NCBI GenBank assembly: GCA_045863395.1
Contig: BTVJ01000019.1
Coordinates: 1-64,000, forward strand
Source: Myxococcales bacterium
Lineage (GTDB): Bacteria; Myxococcota_A; UBA9042; JABWCM01; BTVJ01
DNA: 64,000 nt
Reading direction: 5' to 3'
Of this stretch, positions 21,672 through 31,405 are shown one piece after another. Position 1 is the first letter of the stretch. Each line of letters begins with the position of its first letter. Below the pieces are notes generated by a model, which was not told the DNA's origin, made no database searches, and was given only the letters and a program-made list of their open reading frames with translations. Made by a program: the position numbers and the translations under genes.

Positions 21672-22657
21672 TTGGACCTGCTCGCCCGCGCCACCGCCCT
21701 GACCAAGTCCCTCGCGGACGAGAGCCGCCTGCGCATCGTGCGCGTGCTGCTGCACGGCGCCTTCCAGGTGGGTGAGCTGGTCGACGTGCTCGACATGGGG
21801 CAGAGCCGGGTCTCCCGCCACCTGCGGATCCTGACCGACGCCGGCCTGCTGGAGGCGCACCGCGAGGGGACCCGGGTGTTCTACCGCATGCGCCACGAGC
21901 CGCTGACGACGGCCCTGGTGCGCTGGCTCGCCGAGACGCTGCCGGGCGCGCCGCACCCCCAGGACGACGCGCGGCTCGCCGCGGTGTGGGAGGCGCGCCG
22001 GGACCGGAGCCGGGACGCCTTCCGCCGCGCTGCCGTGGACTGGTCCGATGCGCAGGCAGCCTACCTCGGCTCGCCGGACACGCGCCCCCACCTGCTGGGG
22101 CTCTTGGGCGGAGGCGCACTGGCCGTGGACGTCGGGGTGGGCACCGGGGCTCTGCTCCCGGACCTGGCGCGGCGCTTCCAGCGGGTGGTGGGCGTCGACG
22201 CCAGCGCGCCCATGCTGGAGCGCGCCCGAGAGACGGTCCGAGGCGGAGACCTCGGCAACGTGGAGCTGCGCATCGGCGAGATCGAGCGCCTCCCCTTGGA
22301 GGACGGCGCCGCGGATGCCGTGGTGGCGAACATGGTGCTCCACCACGCCAGCGAGCCCGGCCTGGCCGTCCGCGAGTGCTTCCGGTCCATCCGGGCCGGC
22401 GGGCGCCTGCTGGTCGGAGACTTCGAGAGCCACGACAACGAGTGGATGCGGGAGGAGCTGGGCGACCAGTGGCTCGGCTTCGACCCCGACGCCGTCTCCG
22501 CGTGGCTGCTGCAGGCGGGCTTCCAGGACATCGAGATCCGGCGCGTCACGAACGAGACCTCACCGCTGAGGGTCTTCGTCGCGAGCGCCACCAAGGAGCG
22601 CACGGGGACGGCGGTCCCCGGCGACCACTCAGAGGCTGCGAGCGCAGCGAGGAGCAG

Positions 22658-22661
<4 letters not shown>
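21672..22661 (+). CDS. sahR: ArsR-HTH plus SAM-methyltransferase-fold regulator (SahR type)
   Basis: LADESRLRI...[11 protein letters not shown] (ArsR); DVGVGTG and ANMVLHH (MTase fold); ATGA-coupled to ahcY. TTG start. Confidence 0.85.
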
Positions 22662-24025
<1,364 letters not shown>

Positions 24026-24055
24026 GGTCATCTCCGGCGAGGGCGAATCACCGGA

Positions 24056-24084
24056 TTGACAGCCTGCGCAATGTCTCCTAGCCT
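24056..24084 (+). promoter_or_regulatory. Sigma70 promoter of the DUF4157 gene
   Basis: TTGACA-N17-TAGCCT, followed by an AGGAGG RBS. Confidence 0.75.
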
Positions 24085-24117
24085 CGTGGTTCCATCCACA
24101 GTCGCCAGGAGGCCGCC

Positions 24118-25440
24118 ATGCAGCAGACCCAGCCTCGGCAGCCCGCCCCATCGACCAAAGGGGCATCCACGCAGAAGCCAGGGAGCCCCACGGGCCACCT
24201 CCGCGGCATGGGCTATGCGGCCGCCAGCGCTGCGGTGGGGCCCTCGGCGCAGGAGCCTCCGGACGTGGCCGCGCTCAAGGCGCGGTACGGGGCGCTGCTC
24301 GGGCAGGACCTGTCGCGGGTGAACGTTCACACCGGCAGCCAGGCCCCCGACGCCGCGGACGCCGCGGGCTTCGCCACGGGGACGGACGTCCACCTGGGTA
24401 TCAGCGCCGAGGAGCTGGGCAGCGACGAGGGGCAGGAGCTCATCGCCCACGAGCTGGTCCATGCGGCGCAGAGCATGCGCGCGTGCGGCGAAGAGATGGA
24501 TGAGACCCTCGCCGAGGCCGAGGCCGAGGACGTCGCGGCCATGATCGTCGCAGGAGTCCCCGCGACGGTCGCCCAGGGCGCTGCCCCCGGCGCGAAGCTC
24601 CACAAGAAGAAGAAGCCCAAGGTGCCGAACCGGCTCACCCCAGCCCAGGAGTGGGCGGCGATCACCTACAACGCCAAGCGCTACACCACCAGCAAGATGG
24701 TGCAGATCCAGAAGACCGTCGGGGTCCCCGCCGACGGCATCGTGGGTCCCCAGACCGTGGAGGCCATCGCGGCTTTCCAGGCGGCGCATGGGCTGGAGCC
24801 CGACGGCAAGGTGGGCCCGCTGACGAAGAAGGCGCTCGGGGTGGCCCCTCCGAAGAAGCCCAAGCCCGCCAAGCCCAAGCCGGGGGGCGGGCACGCCGGG
24901 AACCTCCTGACCCCCGCGCAGGAGGCGTCCGCCATCGGCTACAACGAGGCCCGCGGCTTCTCGAAGGCACAGCGCATCCAGATCCAGGAGATCGTCGGCG
25001 CCGACCCCGACGGAGACATCGGGCCGCAGACCGTTGAGCGCATCGCCGCATGGCAGAAGTCCCATGCGCTGGAGCACGACGGGAAGGTGGGCCCTGGCAC
25101 CGGCGCCAAGATGGGCATCAAGCCCGCGGGCGGCGGGAGCGTGGGGATCTCACCGAACGCGAGCAACGGCGCCAAGCTCAGCTACGCGAAGAAGATGGCG
25201 CCGCAGTTCGGCCTGGTGATCACGTCGACCACCGGTGGCAAGCACGCCCCCGGCTCCTACCACTACGCGGGCCGCGCCATCGACGTGGCGGGCAGCGCGT
25301 CGGCCATGGCCAAGTACTACAACCACATGAAGCAGCTCAAGCCGACCGAGCTCTTCTACGACCCCCTCGGCGGCATCAAGTACGGCCAGGAGATCGGCGC
25401 CATCGGCGGCCACTCCGACCACGTACACGTCGCCTTCTGA
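24118..25440 (+). CDS. DUF4157 (eCIS core) domain, two peptidoglycan-binding repeats and a C-terminal M15-like Zn peptidase
   Basis: DLSRVNVHT...FATGTDVHL...LIAHELVHAAQ; DGIVGPQT...FQxxHGLxxDGKVGP twice; SYHYAGRAID...HSDHVHVAF. Confidence 0.82.
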   Translation: MQQTQPRQPAPSTKGASTQKPGSPTGHLRGMGYAAASAAVGPSAQEPPDVAALKARYGALLGQDLSRVNVHTGSQAPDAADAAGFATGTDVHLGISAEELGSDEGQELIAHELVHAAQSMRACGEEMDETLAEAEAEDVAAMIVAGVPATVAQGAAPGAKLHKKKKPKVPNRLTPAQEWAAITYNAKRYTTSKMVQIQKTVGVPADGIVGPQTVEAIAAFQAAHGLEPDGKVGPLTKKALGVAPPKKPKPAKPKPGGGHAGNLLTPAQEASAIGYNEARGFSKAQRIQIQEIVGADPDGDIGPQTVERIAAWQKSHALEHDGKVGPGTGAKMGIKPAGGGSVGISPNASNGAKLSYAKKMAPQFGLVITSTTGGKHAPGSYHYAGRAIDVAGSASAMAKYYNHMKQLKPTELFYDPLGGIKYGQEIGAIGGHSDHVHVAF

Positions 25441-25454
25441 CGTCCACGACCCTG

Positions 25455-27209
25455 TCAGGCGCCCGTGGTGAGCGCCGCCCGGACGGCGCTGCGGAGCTCG
25501 ATGCCTGCGCCGGCGGCCGTATCGCGCCGGCGGGCGAGACCCGTGCCCAGCAGCTCGGCGCAGACGGCAGAGACGCTGGAGCCGGGACGGAGCCCGCGCG
25601 TCAGGGAGACACGATCCACCGGGGTCCCCGCCGCGACGATGACGTCCAGCGCCCTCCGGGCGGCGGGGGACAGCGACGCGATCACCGCCGGGTCGACCTG
25701 GTGGGGTGATCCACGCAGGACGATACGCTCGGCGTGGGCCCGCTCGAGCGCCCCGACGACGGGAGAGGGCAGCCCGTCCGTGCAGGCGAGGAGCAGCAGC
25801 GGGGCCCTCCGCTGCAGGAGCTGCTCCACCAGGGCAGCGCTGCCCTCGTCGCCCCACTGGGCGTCGTCCAGGACGATCACCACGGGCTTTCGGACGGCCA
25901 GGCGAGCGATCAGCTCGCGCAGCGCCTCCCCCGGGAGGCGGGGCACGCGCCGCGCCGCCGGTTGCGGGAGGCGGCCAAGGGTCGGGAAGAGCGCGGTCAA
26001 CTCCCTGAACGAGCCCGGGAGCAGCGTCGCCACCTCGTGCCTCGACAGCCACCCCAGGTGGGCCGCCAGCGCCTCCATGATCGGGTCCAGGCACCGGAGC
26101 GGCAGCGCCTCCTGAGGGTTCGACGCCCCGGCGAGCGCAAGGCACCGGCGCCCCTCCTGCCGGACCAGCTCACGGACGAGGCGGGTCTTGCCCGAGCCCG
26201 ACGGCCCCTCCACAACGATCACCCGCCGCGTGCCCGTGGCCACGTCGTCCAGGGCCGCTCGCAGGGTCACGAGCTCCCGCTGGAGCCCCGCGAGGGGTTC
26301 TGGCTCCGGGGGAGCGGGCAGGTCCAGGCACCGCAGGACCGCGCGGCCGTCGGGCCGCATGGCCGGCACGCGGTGGAGCAGGTCCATGCACAGCCGCGTG
26401 AGGTCGGGCGGCGCCGCAGACACCACCACTCCCGGGGGGAGAGGCTGCAGGGTCTGGCGGGCCACCGTGATCTGCACGGGATCTCCCGCGAAAGGGAGCT
26501 GGCCGGTCAGGAGCTGGTAGAGCACGACACCAAGGGAGTACCAATCGGCGGCAGCCGTGATCTCCTGCCCCCACCCCACCTCGGGGGCAGTCCACGCGGG
26601 GGACCCGGCGGGACCGACGTCCTGGCCGCCTGCGTGGCCAAGCCCGAAGTCGATGATCCGGAGCCTGCCAGCCCGGTCCACCAGCAGGTGGGACGGCTTC
26701 ACGTCACGGTGGACGATGCCCGCGTCGTGGAGCGCCGTGAGGCCCCGGGCAGCCTGAGCCAGCCGCTGCCGCACGGCCTCGCGGTCGCCTCGGAACGCCT
26801 CGCCGCGCGGCGCCGCACGGCCGGGTGGCTGCGGCGTCGTCTCGACCAGGGGCACCCCATCGATCAGCTCCATGCTGACGCCGCCGGCGTCCGGCCCCAC
26901 GAAGAGCTCGTAGACGGGCACCAGGTTGGGGTGCCAGAGACCAAAGACGCGGCGGTACTCCGCCTTGAGGGAGGCCAGGGCGCTGGGTTCGGGACGCTCC
27001 AGGAGCTTGAGCGCGACGCGCTCCCCCTGCCGGTGGTCCCAGGCTTCGCGCACCAAGCCGTGCGTCCCCGCGCCGAGGACGCGCCCCAGCTCGAGGCGCC
27101 CGGCCACGAGGCTGCCGTCCAGGAGCGGGGCTGGCACCTCGCGCGCGCCCTCCGCTGGTGCGTGGGAGGGCTTCGTGGACGGCTCGCTTGCGGGTGGTCT
27201 TCGCGCCAT
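25455..27209 (-). CDS. Ser/Thr protein kinase fused to a STAND/AAA_16-type ATPase
   Basis: LGAGTHG, VALK, HRDVKPSH, DFG, APE, DWYSLG; Walker A GPSGSGKT, Walker B IVLDDAQW. Confidence 0.85.
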   Translation of the reverse strand: MARRPPASEPSTKPSHAPAEGAREVPAPLLDGSLVAGRLELGRVLGAGTHGLVREAWDHRQGERVALKLLERPEPSALASLKAEYRRVFGLWHPNLVPVYELFVGPDAGGVSMELIDGVPLVETTPQPPGRAAPRGEAFRGDREAVRQRLAQAARGLTALHDAGIVHRDVKPSHLLVDRAGRLRIIDFGLGHAGGQDVGPAGSPAWTAPEVGWGQEITAAADWYSLGVVLYQLLTGQLPFAGDPVQITVARQTLQPLPPGVVVSAAPPDLTRLCMDLLHRVPAMRPDGRAVLRCLDLPAPPEPEPLAGLQRELVTLRAALDDVATGTRRVIVVEGPSGSGKTRLVRELVRQEGRRCLALAGASNPQEALPLRCLDPIMEALAAHLGWLSRHEVATLLPGSFRELTALFPTLGRLPQPAARRVPRLPGEALRELIARLAVRKPVVIVLDDAQWGDEGSAALVEQLLQRRAPLLLLACTDGLPSPVVGALERAHAERIVLRGSPHQVDPAVIASLSPAARRALDVIVAAGTPVDRVSLTRGLRPGSSVSAVCAELLGTGLARRRDTAAGAGIELRSAVRAALTTGA

Positions 27210-27212
27210 TGG

Positions 27213-28997
27213 CTACGGCGCCGACTCCAGCCCGGTGAAGGGCACCCAGGGCTCCTCCTTGTGCGCCCGACTGGACGCGTTGTGCCACGCGTCGCGCTCC
27301 GGATCGCCAGGGTCGAGCCCGGCCGCCAGCAGCGCCGTCGTCTGAGCCACCAGGGTCCGGTCCTCCAGGCTGATGGCGACCAGGAAGGCCGCGTTGAGCC
27401 AGCGGCGCACCTCCGGGTCCCGGCAGCGCCCCGTGGTGCTCGCGAACGCGACGACGGCGACCGGCAGCTCGGGTGGCCCCTGCACATTGGTCGGGACCCC
27501 GTCACGCCGGCGCTCCGCCACCGCCTCCAGGGGCGCGTCACCGCCCGTGACGACCTCGGAGGTCATGTGGTCGAGCACCAGTCGCCACAGGTCGCCATCC
27601 CGGAGCACGATCCGCCGCGCGTCGTTGCGCGGCAGCTCCATGTACCTTCGCGCCTCCGACGCGGCGACGCTCCGCAGGCGCTGGAGCGCCGTCGCGACGT
27701 TGACCCTGCTGCGCCACCGGGCGTACCCGGCCACGTGCTCGTCGAGACGGAAGGAGGGCTCGGAGTCTCCGTCCCGGGGGCGCATGAGCTCCTCGAGGAG
27801 GTAGACGTTGCGCAGGTCCGCGATGGCCCGAGCCGCCTCACCCTCGGAGACGCCGCCGATGCCCGCTGCCCAGCGCAGGGGAAACGCCGTGTCCCCGAAC
27901 ACGCCGAGCCAGCCGAACAGCGCCCACGCCTCGTGGGAGACCAGGCGGGACAGCGCCTCCAGGGACGCGACCTGGCTCCACTGGCGGACGTCCCAGGAGT
28001 CCATGGCGCCGAACGTCTCGCGGGTCTCCTCGACGGCCTTGGGGTCCGTCTCGATGCGATGCGCGTAGTCGGAGGGCGTGGTGTAGATCTCCCGCTGGAG
28101 GATGGATCCCGCGATGTGGAGGCTGCGAGGCACCCCGACCAGCAGCTTGAGCAGCTCCCGGGTCCCGCTCTCGTCCGAGGCGAGCCGCTCGTCGCCCACG
28201 TAGGCCGAGATCAGGCGGCGCGAGTCCTCGTCGGGGAGGTCGGTCAGGTGGATCACGTCAGGCCTGAACATGGCGGCCACGTCCCGCTGGCCGGTGATCA
28301 CGATGGCGGAGGTGTTCCCGCGGAGCGGGATGAATCGCCGGATCAGGCTCATGGTGCGCACGTCGTCGAGGATGAGCATCCGACGGCGCGTCTCCCAGAA
28401 GTGGTGCAGGAACGCCATGTCCCGGGTCTCCAGGTCCCCCGGCGGGATGGCATCGAGGACGGCGTGGAACCCGAGGATATGGGCCAGTTCCCGCTGGAGC
28501 ACCCGCGGGTCGTCGGACACGGACCGGCGCCCGGCGTTGACCCAGAGCACACCACCCGGGAACTCGGCCTGCACCTGGTGCGCCACCTGGCGGGCGAGGG
28601 CCGTCTTGCCCGTCCCGGGCAGGCCCGTGATGCACGCGACCCCCTGGCCGCGCCGCCGCGTCACGATGTCGACGACCGCCTGCTCCTCGTGAGGTCGCCC
28701 CGCCCAGGGCGTCGGCGGCGGCTCCGGCGCGCGCCCCCCTTCACGGATCTTGCGGTGGATCTGCTCGGGAGGAGGCGCGACCACGCGATCAAAGGTGAGC
28801 CCGACCGCGAGGGCCAGGTTTCGCGCCGTCGAGGCGCTGACCGGCCCGCCGCGCTCGGCGGTCTGCACCGTCCGCACGCACAGATCGAGGTCTGGCAGTT
28901 CGCACAGCGCCTCGCGCGAGAGGCCCAGCGACTCGCGCGCCTCCCGCAGCAGCCGCCCGTCCGTGAATACGCCCGGTGGTTGTCCCCGCTTCGCCAT
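27213..28997 (-). CDS. XRE-type HTH plus NB-ARC (STAND NTPase) protein
   Basis: LLREARESLGLSREAL...RTVQTAERG (HTH); GLPGTGKT, LILDDV, GVP motif. GGAGG upstream of ATG 28997. Confidence 0.82.
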   Translation of the reverse strand: MAKRGQPPGVFTDGRLLREARESLGLSREALCELPDLDLCVRTVQTAERGGPVSASTARNLALAVGLTFDRVVAPPPEQIHRKIREGGRAPEPPPTPWAGRPHEEQAVVDIVTRRRGQGVACITGLPGTGKTALARQVAHQVQAEFPGGVLWVNAGRRSVSDDPRVLQRELAHILGFHAVLDAIPPGDLETRDMAFLHHFWETRRRMLILDDVRTMSLIRRFIPLRGNTSAIVITGQRDVAAMFRPDVIHLTDLPDEDSRRLISAYVGDERLASDESGTRELLKLLVGVPRSLHIAGSILQREIYTTPSDYAHRIETDPKAVEETRETFGAMDSWDVRQWSQVASLEALSRLVSHEAWALFGWLGVFGDTAFPLRWAAGIGGVSEGEAARAIADLRNVYLLEELMRPRDGDSEPSFRLDEHVAGYARWRSRVNVATALQRLRSVAASEARRYMELPRNDARRIVLRDGDLWRLVLDHMTSEVVTGGDAPLEAVAERRRDGVPTNVQGPPELPVAVVAFASTTGRCRDPEVRRWLNAAFLVAISLEDRTLVAQTTALLAAGLDPGDPERDAWHNASSRAHKEEPWVPFTGLESAP

Positions 28998-29092
28998 GTC
29001 CCTTCCTCCCGGCGCCCCCGCGGGCGCGCTGACAGTGATCCCGTCGCAGCTCCCCGAGGGCGCCACTCCGACCTCGTGGAACGAGTGTTCCG

Positions 29093-29121
29093 CTTGTAGA
29101 ACATTCTTTGCCGACTTGCAA
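29093..29121 (-). promoter_or_regulatory. Putative sigma70 promoter of the NB-ARC/kinase operon
   Basis: TTGCAA-N17-TACAAG on the minus strand in an AT-richer intergenic patch. Confidence 0.45.
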
Positions 29122-29150
29122 CGGTCTGGCAGAGAACTCCCCGTCACCCG

Positions 29151-30650
29151 TCATCGCCCGCCGCGGACGTCCGCCTCCATGGCCTCCGCGGCGCGCTCCG
29201 CCACCGCCGCGATGGTGAGGCTCGCCGGTACGCCGAGGGCCGTCGGGATGGCGCTCCCGTCCACGACGTAGAGCCCGGGCCACACCCCGCCCCCAGGGCG
29301 GAGCACGCGGCAGTGATCATCGAGGACACCGTCCTCGACGGTCCTCCCCATGCGACAGCCCCCGAGGGGGTGCACCCCGAACGACCTCATGCCCGGCCAG
29401 CGAGCCACGTCGCGGATCACCGTGCCACCGACTTTGTCCGCCCACAGGCGCAGGCGGGCCTCGGCGAAGGTCAGCACGGGGTCGTCGACGTAGTCCTCCC
29501 AGTCCATGACGCTGCGGCCGTCCTCGAAGCGCGCGACGCCCCTCGCCTGGTCCTGCCCATCCAGCTTGTACATGTAGGTGTGGGCCAGCGCGCCGGTCGC
29601 AGAGAGGCTCCAGAGGTCCCTGAGCCGGCGGCGTCCACGAGACCCCCGCGGCTCGTCGTCTCCTGGTCCCTGACGGCGGCCGATGAGCCCCCCGATGACC
29701 GCCAGGATCCCAGCCGACATGCGCTGCAACGCCGTAGGGATGCGACCGCTCATGATCATGAGCGTCCGCGGGCGGCCAGACGGGTCATTCATGATCAGAC
29801 GAGCCGATGTCGTGATAGGCGCGCCATGATGGCCCGACATCGGGAACTTCGTGTTGTAGAGGAACGCCAGGGCGTCGCCGTTCATGCTCATGCCCTGGCC
29901 GAAGGCTGGAGACAGGGGGATCCTGTCCCGGTGGGCCTCCATGAGGTCCAGCGTGCCGAAGGTGCCCGCGGCGACCGCGAGCACCCGGGTCTGCACGGTC
30001 GTCCGCTCCTCGGGCCGGTCCGTGGGGGCGATGGTCACCTCCCACCCACCCTGGCGCTGCTCCCAGCCGATGACCTCCGTCTCGGACCGGATCTCCGCGC
30101 CCGCGGCGACGGCCGCGCGCAGGTAGGTGTGACCCAAGGTACGCTTGGCCCCCTCGTTGCAGCCCGGGACACACCTCCCGCAGGCCGTGCAGCGCGACCA
30201 GTCGATGGTGTTGACCAGGTCGACGCGCCGCCCCGGCTCTACCAGGTCGATGAACTGCTTGTCGCCCAGCTCGTCGCCGAAGGGCGCCGCCGTGGGCCGC
30301 AACATGGCGAGGGCCCTCTCGTAGTAGGGCGCCATGCGGTGGGCTGGGAGCGGCCACTCGTCGAAGGTGTGGTCGTCGGGGCGGGCGGTGATGCCGTAGT
30401 TGACGACGCTGCTCCCACCGACGGCGTGGGCCATGGCGTTGCCGGTGCCTCGCCCGATGCGCACGCTCCACAGCCCCAGGGGATTTCTCCGCGTGGCCAG
30501 CTCCCCCGCGAGCCCGAGGGCAGTCACGGGCAGCCCGCCGGACTCCCAGCGGCGCCCCCTCTCGACGACCAGCACCCTGCCGTGAGGAGCCAGGCGAGCA
30601 GCCAGGACGCTCCCTCCGTACCCCGACCCGACCACCACGACGTCAAGCAT
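29151..30650 (-). CDS. GMC-family FAD oxidoreductase (cholesterol-oxidase-like)
   Basis: VVVGSGYGG, VGGSSVVN, CTACGRCVPGC, VHPLGGCRMG, LYVVDGS. Confidence 0.87.
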   Translation of the reverse strand: MLDVVVVGSGYGGSVLAARLAPHGRVLVVERGRRWESGGLPVTALGLAGELATRRNPLGLWSVRIGRGTGNAMAHAVGGSSVVNYGITARPDDHTFDEWPLPAHRMAPYYERALAMLRPTAAPFGDELGDKQFIDLVEPGRRVDLVNTIDWSRCTACGRCVPGCNEGAKRTLGHTYLRAAVAAGAEIRSETEVIGWEQRQGGWEVTIAPTDRPEERTTVQTRVLAVAAGTFGTLDLMEAHRDRIPLSPAFGQGMSMNGDALAFLYNTKFPMSGHHGAPITTSARLIMNDPSGRPRTLMIMSGRIPTALQRMSAGILAVIGGLIGRRQGPGDDEPRGSRGRRRLRDLWSLSATGALAHTYMYKLDGQDQARGVARFEDGRSVMDWEDYVDDPVLTFAEARLRLWADKVGGTVIRDVARWPGMRSFGVHPLGGCRMGRTVEDGVLDDHCRVLRPGGGVWPGLYVVDGSAIPTALGVPASLTIAAVAERAAEAMEADVRGGR

Positions 30651-30739
30651 GGAGACACCTCCCGTGAAAATTTCCCCTCAAGCGCCCTCCCCACCGAACC
30701 GTAACAGAGGTCCGCATATTTGCACCAGGAGGTCCGGAC

Positions 30740-31306
30740 ATGAGCCCCGAGGTCCGTGGTGTGCGCCCATCCGACGTGAGCTCCCTGCTGCTGGACGCGA
30801 ACCCGCGCTTGGAGGAGCTGCCCTGGAGGGATCGGGCCGCCAGCGCACACCGCATGGACACTCTGGATGCGACGACGGGGCTCCGCAGCCGCGCGGGGCT
30901 GCTCGACGACATGGAGCGGAGCCTGGGGCAGGGGAGCGCGGCGGTCGTCGTCGTGGACCTCGAGGACTTCCGGACGGTGAACGCGCTCCTGGGGCAGCGT
31001 GGAGGCGACCGCGTCCTCCGGGACGTCGCCCTCGCCCTCGGCAGGCGCGTTCGCGCGACGGACCCCGTTGGGCGCGTCGGCTCGGACACCTTCGCGGTGG
31101 TGCTGCGGGGCCTGACTCCGCTCCAGGTGCGGGGCGTCGCCGAGCGCCTCCAGAGGGCGGTCGCGGAGGTGCCCGCACCAGGTGCGCCGCCCCTCCGCGC
31201 GACGGTGGCGGTGGCCCGGGCCGTCCCCGGGGAGGGCGCCCACTCCCTGCTCGACAGGGCCGTCGCCCTCGTCGGCGTTGCCAGGCGCGCCGCGCTCGCC
31301 GCCTGA
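30740..31306 (+). CDS. Stand-alone degenerate GGDEF-domain protein
   Basis: DATTGLRSR, VDLEDFRTVN...GGDRVL; active site reads GSDTF. AGGAGG RBS. Confidence 0.78.
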   Translation: MSPEVRGVRPSDVSSLLLDANPRLEELPWRDRAASAHRMDTLDATTGLRSRAGLLDDMERSLGQGSAAVVVVDLEDFRTVNALLGQRGGDRVLRDVALALGRRVRATDPVGRVGSDTFAVVLRGLTPLQVRGVAERLQRAVAEVPAPGAPPLRATVAVARAVPGEGAHSLLDRAVALVGVARRAALAA

Positions 31307-31367
31307 CGCCGGCCCACCGGTGCCGGACTGCTCCCCTCCCACGCCTTCACGGCCAAGGCCCGTGATC

Positions 31368-31396
31368 TTGCGTCGGCGGTGACGCGCCGGCACCAT
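31368..31396 (+). promoter_or_regulatory. Putative sigma70 promoter, 9 nt before ATG
   Basis: TTGCGT-N17-CACCAT-N9-ATG. Confidence 0.45.
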
Positions 31397-31405
31397 CGGC
31401 CCCGC

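Noticed and set aside
30709..30724. GG...TTTGCA sigma54-like site before the GGDEF gene
   Set aside because: Spacing is 11 nt rather than 10, and the -24 context is poor.
24056..31306. Prophage or integrative element explanation for the endolysin-like gene
   Set aside because: No integrase, structural phage genes, holin or att repeats were seen.
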